This document shows, in pieces, positions 48,872 to 58,654 of a stretch of DNA of 64,000 nucleotides. The translations under genes and the position numbers were made by a program. The stretch comes from Candidatus Saccharimonadia bacterium (GTDB taxonomy: Bacteria; Patescibacteriota; Saccharimonadia; Saccharimonadales; 2-12-FULL-41-12): positions 720,348 to 784,347 of the forward strand of contig OY970327.1 of NCBI GenBank assembly GCA_963717365.1, given 5' to 3'. The notes beneath the pieces were generated by a model, which worked only from the letters and a program-made list of their open reading frames with translations, was not told where the DNA came from and searched no databases. The first letter of the stretch is position 1. Every line of letters starts with the position of its first letter.

Positions 48872-48935
48872 TAGTCCAGATCCACCTTTTGCTCTGCCCG
48901 CAGAAATTGAAACACCGCCCAAAAGTAGTAATTTT

Positions 48936-49943
48936 CTAAGCTAGTAATTTACCAAGCACCGGTCCAAACTTAAATAAATTGTGGCCGGCTATTGCTTTAA
49001 TACTCCCATTCTCGTAAATTTGATATGAATCAGCTGGCCCCTCGATATACGTTGCTGTGCACTTAACTGTATGTAGCTCGCCCGGGTTTAATGCAGGTAT
49101 TGCAACAGCAACGTAATCTCTAATACGCTGCTTGTTTTTCTCCCATAACATGTGGTCGAATTGCAAAAGATTATCCTGCTTATTTGATAATCCAATCGTG
49201 TAAAGAGATTGGTTTATTGGAGAACCATATACATGTTCTCCGTATTGTCCGCTTGTATCGCTAAAACACGGCTGCACAGCAAGAGACTGGTAAGCCTGGA
49301 ACGTTAACCGAGTATGAAGCCGTTTCTCAATTTTAATATCAATCCCAACCTGCTTAGCAAGATCAGGCGTTTCTGTTCCTGCGGCTACTATTAATCGCAC
49401 GCATTTATAAATATTGTCAGAGGTTTTAATAATAATTGAACTACCCCTCTCTTCTATACTTAAAACTGTATCATGAATAATTCTAGGACGATGTTTTTCC
49501 TTAAGGAAACGAATAATAACATTAGCTCTTATGGCGCCGGCGCTTACTTCAAATAGTGCTTGTCCCTTAATAGCTGAATGGCTGTTGGTTAGTTTTTTCC
49601 AGTCATCTTTATTAAGCAGCGAGCATCTAATCTTATTCTTTTTACAGAACTCAGCTTGCTGTTCTATGTCTGACCCAAAAGTTAACTGGCCACATTTTAT
49701 AATAAGTTCGGTTTTAAATTCTTCTTCCCATTGTCGCCATAAGTTAAGGGCTTCTTGAGCCAAAGCAATCTGACTATGAGTTTGGTGGCGCTGGCGATAA
49801 ATTCTTGTGAAGCCCGATGATTGGCCGCAGCCAGGTATATTCTTCTCAAGACAGACTACATCTGTGCCTTGCTCAGCAATGTAATCAAGAGCGGAAAGCC
49901 CGACGATACCAGCCCCTATTACAATAGTGTCTACAGTTTTCAT
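48936..49943 (-). CDS. FAD-dependent oxidoreductase (DAO family)
   Basis: IVIGAGIVGLSALDYIAEQG dinucleotide-binding motif at the N-terminus. DAO-like length (335 aa). The only minus-strand gene in the 44.9-63.5 kb block. Confidence 0.65.
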   Translation of the reverse strand: MKTVDTIVIGAGIVGLSALDYIAEQGTDVVCLEKNIPGCGQSSGFTRIYRQRHQTHSQIALAQEALNLWRQWEEEFKTELIIKCGQLTFGSDIEQQAEFCKKNKIRCSLLNKDDWKKLTNSHSAIKGQALFEVSAGAIRANVIIRFLKEKHRPRIIHDTVLSIEERGSSIIIKTSDNIYKCVRLIVAAGTETPDLAKQVGIDIKIEKRLHTRLTFQAYQSLAVQPCFSDTSGQYGEHVYGSPINQSLYTIGLSNKQDNLLQFDHMLWEKNKQRIRDYVAVAIPALNPGELHTVKCTATYIEGPADSYQIYENGSIKAIAGHNLFKFGPVLGKLLA

Positions 49944-50111
49944 GCGGTAAGTATATCAGCACAAGTCTTCAAAAATCCGTCCCTCTGCCTGATTGATTGA
50001 GTTATCTTACAAAATCACATACTTAAGTCGGATCTCGTTAAATAGTTCGGAAACTCCCTCAATATCCCGCCAGTATAGACATAGTATCATTTATAGTGTA
50101 TTATATGTTTT

Positions 50112-50639
50112 ATGACTCCCGAAAATCTAATAAATCCGCTGGCGGATCATCTTGAAGTAGCATCTAACCCAAATGCTGTGAGACGACCCTCGCAGGTAAC
50201 TCTTCGTACGCTGCTCGAATGTATGGGAGTGCAGATCAATCTTACCTCTGAGTCCATCAACTATTCTTCACAGATATTTTCTAAAGGCACGCTTGGTACA
50301 TCACAGCCTGAAGCCATTGGACACATTCATCAATGCGAGACAAGTGGCCAAACTGACACAACACTTAATACCGATTATTTTATTTTAGATACGCCCGACG
50401 GTCTGCTTATTGAAAAACGCGGTCGACTATTCGAATCTATTATTCTTGCGCATGGCGGATTCACCAGTGCTAAAGAACGAAATGAAAAGTTTGGACGGAT
50501 TATGAATAGTTTTGCGGCGCAGAAAGAGGCGCATCATCTTGAAGATGAACTGGGACTCAATTTTGTCTCAGAAGATGAAGCTCAGAACCTAATAAATATT
50601 CTCTCCCGTAAGACCGATGGTCCAGGAGCAAGTGTCTAA
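50112..50639 (+). CDS. hypothetical protein, paralog family member
   Basis: Paralog of the 47254 ORF (see above). Confidence 0.65.
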   Translation: MTPENLINPLADHLEVASNPNAVRRPSQVTLRTLLECMGVQINLTSESINYSSQIFSKGTLGTSQPEAIGHIHQCETSGQTDTTLNTDYFILDTPDGLLIEKRGRLFESIILAHGGFTSAKERNEKFGRIMNSFAAQKEAHHLEDELGLNFVSEDEAQNLINILSRKTDGPGASV

Positions 50640-50668
50640 ATTAAAGACACATTGTCAGAAGTAATATC

Positions 50669-50941
50669 ATGAATAAAAAACGTATCGCGGAAATTGCAAC
50701 AGTCCTTGCCTTTGCTACCCCGCTGGCCTATGCCGACAATAGCTTAGCTACTACTCAACACGCGGCTGACCCACCCCCAGTCATCACAGAATATCAGCCG
50801 CCAATGGCCATGAGTAATACGGCGGAATATGCTCTTTTGACTGGCGTACTTGTTGTTGCCGCAGCCTTCGCTGCCAGTGGCAAATACTTTCGACCTGACG
50901 AACCCGATGATGAAAACCAAAGAATCGATAGCGAACTTTAA
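50669..50941 (+). CDS. small secreted protein
   Basis: Signal peptide MNKKRIAEIATVLAFATPLAYA. 90 aa. Confidence 0.5.
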   Translation: MNKKRIAEIATVLAFATPLAYADNSLATTQHAADPPPVITEYQPPMAMSNTAEYALLTGVLVVAAAFAASGKYFRPDEPDDENQRIDSEL

Positions 50942-50969
50942 TTACCTACAAAGTAATACTTAATTTGAA

Positions 50970-51668
50970 ATGGCAAAACGCACAATATCTATAGAGTCTA
51001 ATAACCAGCAACTTGATGGCAGACTTTTTATACCTACCCAAGCTGAAGGGAGTGCCATCCTTTTTATACATGGATTTGGGGCGCGCGGCCGAACTTGCGA
51101 GCAATACGCCAAACGCTTGGTAAAAGCCGGCATCGTGAGCCTGACTTTTGATTTGTCGGGTCATGGAGACAGCACTGGAAACAGTAGCGACCTCTCGGTA
51201 AACGACCACGTATCAGATGTTGATAGCGCCTTTGATTATTTAAGGTCGCAAAATGAGGTCGCCATAGACCCGAAACGTATTGGTATAGCGGGAATGAGCT
51301 ATGGAGGATACTTAGCTTTGCTGCCCAGTGGCACCAGAAACGCCAAAAGCTTACTCCTCCGCTCACCCCCGCTTTACCCCAAAGCGCTGCAAGGGATTGC
51401 CCGCCGCGAATACACCGATGAACAGGCACTGCAAAGCGTCCCAGAGTTAGATAATCCTGCTCTGCAGGCACTTCATACTTTTGCCGGTAAGGTATGTTTG
51501 GTGACTTCAGAGTTAGACACCGTTGTAGCACCTGTTTTCACCAATCTTTACGCGCAAACAGCTATAAGTTGCGAAGAATTTGTGCTCAAAGGAGCTCACC
51601 ACTCGCTTGACTCCTTCTCTCAGCAGCAATTTCTGCCTATTGTAGATACTTGGGCGGCTGAATTATAG
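50970..51668 (+). CDS. alpha/beta-hydrolase fold protein (dienelactone hydrolase / peptidase S9-like)
   Basis: GxSxG nucleophile elbow GMSYGGYLA, HGFGARG oxyanion region, C-terminal His (GAHHSL). Confidence 0.65.
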   Translation: MAKRTISIESNNQQLDGRLFIPTQAEGSAILFIHGFGARGRTCEQYAKRLVKAGIVSLTFDLSGHGDSTGNSSDLSVNDHVSDVDSAFDYLRSQNEVAIDPKRIGIAGMSYGGYLALLPSGTRNAKSLLLRSPPLYPKALQGIARREYTDEQALQSVPELDNPALQALHTFAGKVCLVTSELDTVVAPVFTNLYAQTAISCEEFVLKGAHHSLDSFSQQQFLPIVDTWAAEL

Positions 51669-51691
51669 TATTGTAAATTTATGTAAAGAAA

Positions 51692-52222
51692 TTGTATATG
51701 TCTGAACGCACCTATAACTCTGAAACAACTGATGCTCGCTTTCGTGTGCAGTACCCTCATATAAGCGGCCACTATGCTGTCATTGACACGGCTCCTCATG
51801 GCAGTCTTGTTGCGCTAGGTAACGAAGAGCACGCACTGGGTGCGGTTGAAGCTTTAAATGCAGCAACAAATCCTGCAATCGACGAGGTTGATGCTGTGAT
51901 TGCGCTTCGCGACGTGAATCCTGCCCATAGGTGGCGAGTAATGGGATACTTGACAACTTTAGTGAGAAGAGAAATTAGAGAAGGTGCGGAACCGCAGTTA
52001 GACACCTCAAGCCTTGATGCGCTCGACGATGAAACAGCGCATCTCATAACAGACGCTTTAATGGCAGCTGTCTATCCGCGCCCTACCGAAAATGACTTAA
52101 ACTTATTAGGGGTAGATCTGTTAGAAAATCCTAACGATGCGCTCAAGATGGTACCCGATGAACAAAAATGGCGCGTTTCATTAACACTTGCAAGGCTATT
52201 ACGACAATCTCAGTCGCACTAG
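51692..52222 (+). CDS. hypothetical protein
   Basis: 176-aa ORF. Confidence 0.5.
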   Translation: MYMSERTYNSETTDARFRVQYPHISGHYAVIDTAPHGSLVALGNEEHALGAVEALNAATNPAIDEVDAVIALRDVNPAHRWRVMGYLTTLVRREIREGAEPQLDTSSLDALDDETAHLITDALMAAVYPRPTENDLNLLGVDLLENPNDALKMVPDEQKWRVSLTLARLLRQSQSH

Positions 52223-52386
52223 ACATATCATAACTATCTAAAATTCGACTTCAGTCTTAGGATAAAAATTCCAGCTCAATACATTACAGTTCACCATTTT
52301 TTGACTAAATCTCTATTTTGTGGTATCTTATATTTATCCTTCTGTTGAGTTATCTCCAGAGGTGTTTTTTAACAAGCTCTCTGTTT

Positions 52387-52439
52387 GATGTGAATGAGCA
52401 AAAGCGTATCTTTAAAGTACTTTTTTGCTCATTCACATC
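52387..52439. other. 17-bp perfect inverted repeat (18 with a G:U) with 17-18-nt loop
   Basis: gatgtgaatgagcaaaag ... cttttgctcattcacatc. No U-tract follows on either strand. Sits at the left edge of a GC3-rich segment. Confidence 0.6.
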
Positions 52440-52470
52440 CATCGACAACCGCAGTTCTTAAGAGACCTCA

Positions 52471-52701
52471 TTGAAGGTTTCAGGGTTCGAACAGACCGTG
52501 CTCAGACGCATGGTGCCGTGGTTTCTACTCAACATGGTTATGTTCGTAATCATCTTGATCCTGTTTGCCCTCGGCGCGATCGCTTTCGGACGTTTCCTTT
52601 CCCTGTTCGCCCTCGGCGAGCTTGGCTTCGGCATGGCTGGAAACCAAGAAGCGACGCAAAGAATGCGACAGCAAGGTGTCGTATCTGACACCAAGCAGTA
52701 G
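52471..52701 (+). CDS. small two-TM membrane peptide (GC3-rich coding)
   Basis: TTG start in the ORF track; alternative internal ATG gives MVPWFLLNMVMFVIILILFALGAIAFGRFLSLFALGELGFG... Codons are strongly G/C-ending, unlike flanking genes. Confidence 0.4.
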   Translation: MKVSGFEQTVLRRMVPWFLLNMVMFVIILILFALGAIAFGRFLSLFALGELGFGMAGNQEATQRMRQQGVVSDTKQ

Positions 52702-52764
52702 GACTCATCGCCGTACAACATCCGGCCAATAGGCCAACACCTCAACACCAAATCGGAGGCAGTT

Positions 52765-52968
52765 ATGGGCATTCAGGCGCTCGCAGCCATCATCATCGTC
52801 ATCGCAGTTGCCGTCGGCATCATCATCGCCGTCACCGGTTCGCTCACCACAGGGGTGATCATCGCCGTTGTCGGCTTCGCCATCGGAGCGGTCATGGGCA
52901 TCATCAACGTCGTCAAGCTCTGGCGCAACCCGAGCAAGATGATCCCCAAGTTCCCCAAGAACTGGTAG
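52765..52968 (+). CDS. small two-TM membrane peptide (GC3-rich coding)
   Basis: GGAGG 6 nt upstream of ATG. MGIQALAAIIIVIAVAVGIIIAV...VIIAVVGFAIGAVMGIINVV, basic C-terminus. All Ile codons are ATC and all Val/Ala/Gly codons are G/C-ending. Confidence 0.5.
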   Translation: MGIQALAAIIIVIAVAVGIIIAVTGSLTTGVIIAVVGFAIGAVMGIINVVKLWRNPSKMIPKFPKNW

Positions 52969-53223
52969 TCGTAGCAGAGAGCTACCAAGAGGAAAAGAAC
53001 AGATTTGAGTGCAGTATTGCTCTCGTCCTATTATTTTTCTCTTGGCAGTTCCCTAAGCTTACTAAGTTAGCCGGCTTAGGCAACTGCCATTATTAATTAC
53101 CCAAACCAAAATTATAATTTATCGGGCCTTATTGATAAACTCTATATTTAAGATATTTTGCAATAATATCGCTATTATGGTATTATAAGATAAATATAAT
53201 CATTCCTTAGGTAAAGGCCACAA

Positions 53224-54405
53224 ATGAGATCGTTACAACCTGTAAATATTGCCGAATATACCCCAACTGGGTCTATTGAGAGACCTATCTATCTCGATAG
53301 TAATGTCTTTTACAATCCTGTTAACATACGCTCAACTCCTGAATTAGAAGTAATTGCTGACCAAGCCGTAACTTCTCTAATGGAAGATGGTTATTACGAG
53401 AACGAAGCAGTTCGCTACGTCAGTCTGCGCATTCATGCCGCAGCTTCCTTTGCTATAACAGCAGCTTCTCAAGAGGAACTTCAGACTAAAATCATGGAGA
53501 CTCCAACCGCTCCAGCAATGAGGGGGAGGGATAAGTCGACCATTATTACACCAAGCGAAGCCATCGATATTGCGCCTTTTTTGCCGCATGTTTCGCCCTA
53601 CTCGTTTGATCTGGACGAATGGTTACTAAATAACACCGAAATTACCGAAAACTGGGAGGTCACTCGGCCTTCTCTCCGCTGGCTTCGTCTATGGGAAACA
53701 ACCACTTCCTCATCTGTCATTGAGCAATTATTGAATAGATGCGTAAAGATTGAGGGCCTAAGTGGTCTCGACCAAGTAGCTATTCATAGCAGCAAAATAC
53801 TTCAGGTTCTAAAAGATAAGCCAGCCGCGATTGATCAACTGCTAGGCGCATTAGGAGACGATCAGACATTAGCATTATTTGGTGAGCTTGGGTCAGACAA
53901 CCCCTATATTGGAGACTGGGCAGACCCTATTAAAGACAATGAGCCTTACCTTGTTGATGAAGTACAACAAGTCCGACACGTAGACCATTTTGCTGGTGGC
54001 TGCAGTAAGATGACTCGGTGGCATATTTCATCATTGCTTCATGAGACCGACTGGGGCCCTGAAGCATATGGCGATGTAGTATTAATATCGGTAAAGGGCA
54101 CACTTGTAGGCTCTTTGGAGATGGTAGGCGAACATTCCCTGTTAGCATTGAAAAACATTAAAGACTCGAACCAAAAACTTCCGTTAGTTGCCGGTGGTGT
54201 CTATGTACCAAGAAAAGAGATAGTTGATAAGGCTAAAGCTATTTTTGTCTCACAGGGTAAATGGGCCCACATGGATCTGGATAAACTCAGAGTGCGGCCG
54301 CTCCGCTTTTTAAATATCGGCGAACCGCACCATCTTCATAGTTTAAATCAGACCTTAGCAGATATTAATTCTATTTACCCTGAACTGGCAGACAAAGTTA
54401 ATTGA
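53224..54405 (+). CDS. hypothetical protein
   Basis: 393-aa ORF. Confidence 0.55.
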   Translation: MRSLQPVNIAEYTPTGSIERPIYLDSNVFYNPVNIRSTPELEVIADQAVTSLMEDGYYENEAVRYVSLRIHAAASFAITAASQEELQTKIMETPTAPAMRGRDKSTIITPSEAIDIAPFLPHVSPYSFDLDEWLLNNTEITENWEVTRPSLRWLRLWETTTSSSVIEQLLNRCVKIEGLSGLDQVAIHSSKILQVLKDKPAAIDQLLGALGDDQTLALFGELGSDNPYIGDWADPIKDNEPYLVDEVQQVRHVDHFAGGCSKMTRWHISSLLHETDWGPEAYGDVVLISVKGTLVGSLEMVGEHSLLALKNIKDSNQKLPLVAGGVYVPRKEIVDKAKAIFVSQGKWAHMDLDKLRVRPLRFLNIGEPHHLHSLNQTLADINSIYPELADKVN

Positions 54406-54420
54406 CCAACAATAAATTTA

Positions 54421-55044
54421 TTGTATTATAATTTTATGTTATTCGCTTATAAAGAGATTCAACCTAGCTACCTACACCCATTTGAAGCCAGCCAAGAGGG
54501 TTACACTGCTCTTTCCAGCGGTAAGGTAGCATTATTAGGATATGACCATAGCCCCTCTCGACCCGACCTTATTTCGCGTTCCATTGCGGAGGTGCTGCTT
54601 CAAACTCAGTCTAGCGCGATAATGCACTTTGAGCCGCCGGTGCCATCCGGCAATCCCCTAACCGAACCAAGCAGTAAAGGACTCATGCTGGCAGCAAACT
54701 ATCATAATGGACATAGCGAGGGAAAATATAAGATCGTTCTTCAGGATCCATCTAATCCAGAAGTAGGTCAATGGCTATTGTGGGCTCCCCCAGATTCCGA
54801 TAATAAAACCTTTTACAAAAGAGCTAGCTTTTATGGCAGTGGAAATGGCTACGGTTTTGAAAATAGCCCCACAAATCCCGAAAAAATTCATAACTACTTT
54901 ATGCACTCCGGAACAACCGACGAAGCGATTCAGTCATTTAGAGAACTAGGTTTTACTTTTGTGGACAGAATTTTAGGCGCAGATTACGATGATCCTGAAT
55001 ATGAACGTTTGCGAGCTTTAACTGCAAAGTCAGACCCCTACTGA
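54421..55044 (+). CDS. hypothetical protein
   Basis: 207-aa ORF. Confidence 0.5.
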   Translation: MYYNFMLFAYKEIQPSYLHPFEASQEGYTALSSGKVALLGYDHSPSRPDLISRSIAEVLLQTQSSAIMHFEPPVPSGNPLTEPSSKGLMLAANYHNGHSEGKYKIVLQDPSNPEVGQWLLWAPPDSDNKTFYKRASFYGSGNGYGFENSPTNPEKIHNYFMHSGTTDEAIQSFRELGFTFVDRILGADYDDPEYERLRALTAKSDPY

Positions 55045-55198
55045 GATCCATTACACTACGCGTACTGAGGTACCGAGAGAAAACGTTAAATTTTGGGAGA
55101 ATCTCCGAGAGGATGGTGCCCTCAACCTTGCCATCGAACGGCATAAAGAGTCGTAAAACCAACCAGAATAACACTTCAAAGTTCAGTTTAGCGGTCTT

Positions 55199-55636
55199 TT
55201 GGGAGGGAGACTGTTGACATTTTTATTAAATTGTATTATACTTAGTATTATGAAGAAGCCTTTGGAAGCATTTATCACAGAAGTTAATGGTTGGCTGCAA
55301 GACGCAGAAAAATCAGGCGTTCCTTATGTTATGGCCACAGAAGACGGCGGCGTTCGTCCAAGCCACAAAGTTGACTCAAGAGACCCCCTAAAAATGACTC
55401 GTTATGGCTTATTTACTAATCGAGCACCCAGAGTTGTAGGGGAACTAGCAATTCTAGGCTTCGCAGCCAGAGATTCATCTAAGGGGCTTGATGAAAAAAT
55501 ATCTCTACGCGCAATTTATGCAGGTCCGGACGGCGCAATTTATGCAGGTAGAGCTAGTGACACCGAGCATCTCTTAACTGCTGCTGCAGCCACAATGATG
55601 CAACAAATGGGCCAAGATCACTTCGATAAATATTAA
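55199..55636 (+). CDS. hypothetical protein
   Basis: 145-aa ORF. Start possibly the internal MKKPLEAF. Confidence 0.5.
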   Translation: MGGRLLTFLLNCIILSIMKKPLEAFITEVNGWLQDAEKSGVPYVMATEDGGVRPSHKVDSRDPLKMTRYGLFTNRAPRVVGELAILGFAARDSSKGLDEKISLRAIYAGPDGAIYAGRASDTEHLLTAAAATMMQQMGQDHFDKY

Positions 55637-55743
55637 ACGCTTACACAAATAATTATCTAACGAGTCTTTATGTTGCTGCGTCAAAAAATACCATCGACAA
55701 AAATAGGGCCAAACATAATAACCATTGACAAATTATTTGTTTT

Positions 55744-56502
55744 ATGATAGTATTTTTCATAAGAACGCACTACAAAATAGAAAGAAAATTCAACATGTCA
55801 TCATCAATGAATGCCTTACAAAAAGCCAACGGAGACTCGTATTCCGATGATCCGGGCGCAGATCATAACAAACAGGCAGTTGCACTGGGCAGTCTCGTAA
55901 CCCCTGAAGTAAGTCCGGCTGTCCGCGGCGATATCGTGGTGCATGGCAATGACCAAGAGCAGTGGGCGCGTCCGGAAACAGGCTTATCAACAGAATTAGC
56001 GGTTGTTCACTTAGGTAGAAAAGTTGATTCAACTGGTTGGAACGCCGGTTTCCAAGATATGTTCGAGACCCCTGTTCCAGATGCAGGAATTGCATTCGGG
56101 GTGTACCAAACGTCATATGGTGGAACTGGAATAAAGGCAAAAGCGCTAAAGGGTTACCGCGTTGAGGCGGCAGAAATTGACCCTGAAACACAACAGGTAA
56201 CCTGGCAGCAGCCTGTTCGTGACCTTGATGACCAGGTAACAGTTGCATCAGACCGGGGCAATCTATCTGATAGCAGTTTATTCGATGAAAAATGGGGACA
56301 AGGCAATACTGGTAATCCCGGCACCAGAGCCGGTATCGTACGAGTCACCGGACCCGATGCCCAAGTTAAGTATTTTGCCCTTGGCGCTAACTTTGAAGGC
56401 GAACCGGATGACTGGCAGGTTGCCGGCGGCATCATAGAAGTTAAACCGCATCAAACCAAGTCCCTGCCCGGCTCCCAGGCAGAACTTCCTTCCGGAGAAT
56501 AA
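55744..56502 (+). CDS. hypothetical protein
   Basis: 252-aa ORF. Start possibly MSSSMNALQ at 55796. Confidence 0.5.
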   Translation: MIVFFIRTHYKIERKFNMSSSMNALQKANGDSYSDDPGADHNKQAVALGSLVTPEVSPAVRGDIVVHGNDQEQWARPETGLSTELAVVHLGRKVDSTGWNAGFQDMFETPVPDAGIAFGVYQTSYGGTGIKAKALKGYRVEAAEIDPETQQVTWQQPVRDLDDQVTVASDRGNLSDSSLFDEKWGQGNTGNPGTRAGIVRVTGPDAQVKYFALGANFEGEPDDWQVAGGIIEVKPHQTKSLPGSQAELPSGE

Positions 56503-56730
56503 TCATGATAACCCGCAGCAGACCAATCGATATAGACACGGTTAGAGACTACTATATAGCCACCGACTTAGTCGATTCCAAAAGCACTCTCTAAGGACAC
56601 GTTAGTGCAGCTCTCAAGACATCGTTAGTACTTCCCTCTTTGCAAGATATAAATAACTTACTGTCCTAGATTATTGACCAATCTTAATTATTATGATATA
56701 TTTTATATTAAATGTACGAAGTGAATAATT

Positions 56731-57345
56731 ATGCCGTTTAATAGTAATGAAAGAGCTTTGTTTGAAGTTGGTGCGCGAGCCATGGCTGAAGGAGGACCAG
56801 AACCTGACGTAAGTCTTGCGCTTATGAACGAGCCATTTTATACCCCTGGAGCTGTACCAGAATTTTTGGCGGCAACAGTTGAGCAATTAACCGATGGTAA
56901 GCGAAGTGTCCGCGAAGCAGACTGCGCCTTGTTTGCTAGCAAAATAATGGGCATATTTGCCTATATGGTTGTGTGCGATGGCTCTACTCGCAGCGGAAAA
57001 GTAACAGAACTTACCGAGGATATGCGCTTAGTTGGCGCTGGGCCGTATCAACCTGGCTTCGAATTTGACCTTAAACCAGCCCTACCCGAAGCAGTAAAGA
57101 GCTACAGAGAACATGTCGACAAAAGCAGACGAAAACGTGAGGAAGCTGATCAGGCAAAAGAAGACACAGAAATCTTTTTGGTGAATATTACCAGTCGGGC
57201 GCGCAGCCTTGCTTTGCAGACTCAAAATACTGAAGCAATAGAATATATTGACTCGCTAACTCACCCGAAACTTACTGATGCTGCCCGTGCCTATCGCATG
57301 CTCGGCACCTCAATTCAAGATATTTTAGCAGATGACTCCCAGTAG
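56731..57345 (+). CDS. hypothetical protein
   Basis: 204-aa ORF. Confidence 0.5.
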   Translation: MPFNSNERALFEVGARAMAEGGPEPDVSLALMNEPFYTPGAVPEFLAATVEQLTDGKRSVREADCALFASKIMGIFAYMVVCDGSTRSGKVTELTEDMRLVGAGPYQPGFEFDLKPALPEAVKSYREHVDKSRRKREEADQAKEDTEIFLVNITSRARSLALQTQNTEAIEYIDSLTHPKLTDAARAYRMLGTSIQDILADDSQ

Positions 57346-57367
57346 ATTAATCTAGATAATTATTGTT

Positions 57368-58183
57368 ATGGCTTCACGCGAAAAATACTCAAATCACGAG
57401 CAAGCAACCATAATGGAACTTGACGCTTACCAATGGCATGACCGTATTGATGAATTAGTTGCAGAGGGCGCACGGATCATTGCCTTTCGAGGGGCTGGAA
57501 CCGTGAACGGTATTGATCCTGCGGCCGCCGAGTCGGTAGCCGCTACGGTAGCCAACTATGTAGGTGAGCTTGCCGAAAGCGGAACCACTATTGCGCTCAT
57601 ATTTGATGGCGACGAAGATAATCGCTCTAAACCAGATATTGGATCGGTCTTTGGCAGTATTACCGATGCCCTAAAGGATAAACCTAACGTAGTAGCTATC
57701 ACGGCTCAGACAAAAAACTGGTACTATCCAAAAACCGACGGTGGAGCCCTTGCAACCGCAACCGGTAATCCTTACGAAACATATGTATTCCCTGATGACC
57801 TTCCCGGAAGCCACGCCGCCCTCACTCAATCACAAGCACTGGTTTCATACCCAAATTATGAACAAATCTTTGTTGGTCCGGTCGGCCCTATCGCGCTTAG
57901 CCAATTAAAGGATCTGAGCGCTAAGGCCATTGGCCGTACTGAACACGCAGGCCCATTTCTTGTTACCATTTATGGAACACCAGGTAACGACGCGCTTCAT
58001 CAGGAGCTAGAAGAACAACTCGCTGGGGCAGCCGATGAACAATCATATACAAAAGTCGCCGCCAAAATCATCCAACGAGTGTCCAAGCCATACGGCTCAC
58101 TCTTTAATGCTGATGGGAAGTTTGCTATTGACCCCTACGACTATCCTGGCCTTGAATTTAGTCTAATTTTATCAAAAAAGTAA
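57368..58183 (+). CDS. hypothetical protein
   Basis: 271-aa ORF. Confidence 0.5.
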   Translation: MASREKYSNHEQATIMELDAYQWHDRIDELVAEGARIIAFRGAGTVNGIDPAAAESVAATVANYVGELAESGTTIALIFDGDEDNRSKPDIGSVFGSITDALKDKPNVVAITAQTKNWYYPKTDGGALATATGNPYETYVFPDDLPGSHAALTQSQALVSYPNYEQIFVGPVGPIALSQLKDLSAKAIGRTEHAGPFLVTIYGTPGNDALHQELEEQLAGAADEQSYTKVAAKIIQRVSKPYGSLFNADGKFAIDPYDYPGLEFSLILSKK

Positions 58184-58238
58184 TTAATTTCATATCTGCT
58201 AAATTGACTAATTAGTATTTATATTATAATGTACTATT

Positions 58239-58652
58239 GTGAAAGAGATATTTATTAAGCCGTTAACGGCTATCGGTTTAGTGGTTGCTCTAGGCGCGAC
58301 TGGTTGCGGCGGCTCACAATCTCGAAACGAGACGAAGACTACCGCCCTAGCTGAATATCTAGATGCAATGATAAAGCCAAAAACCACTATTTTCGAGGAA
58401 TATACGCGCAAAGAGAAGACTCCAAGCGGCAGTGTAACTGAAACAAGAACGCTCGACTGTACCAAAGATAATACCTTGCAAGTTACAACTACAAGTGAGG
58501 AATATCTAACCGACTTTACTGTCACCAACGATCCTCAAGACAAAGAACCTAATTTTACTATCAGGCGAGACAAAGATATTATTAACAGCCCGCAATGCGA
58601 AAATGGATCAGTAGTAACCCCTACCCCGGGCGATGAGCTATCAGGAAAATAG
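58239..58652 (+). CDS. putative lipoprotein
   Basis: Signal peptide with lipobox LGATGC (Cys +1). Confidence 0.55.
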   Translation: MKEIFIKPLTAIGLVVALGATGCGGSQSRNETKTTALAEYLDAMIKPKTTIFEEYTRKEKTPSGSVTETRTLDCTKDNTLQVTTTSEEYLTDFTVTNDPQDKEPNFTIRRDKDIINSPQCENGSVVTPTPGDELSGK

Positions 58653-58654
58653 TT

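Noticed and set aside
52458-52988. Minus-strand ORFs 52458-52772 and 52773-52988
   Set aside because: Artefacts of the GC-rich segment. The plus-strand peptides have an SD and coherent TM-helix composition, whereas the minus-strand products are low-complexity.
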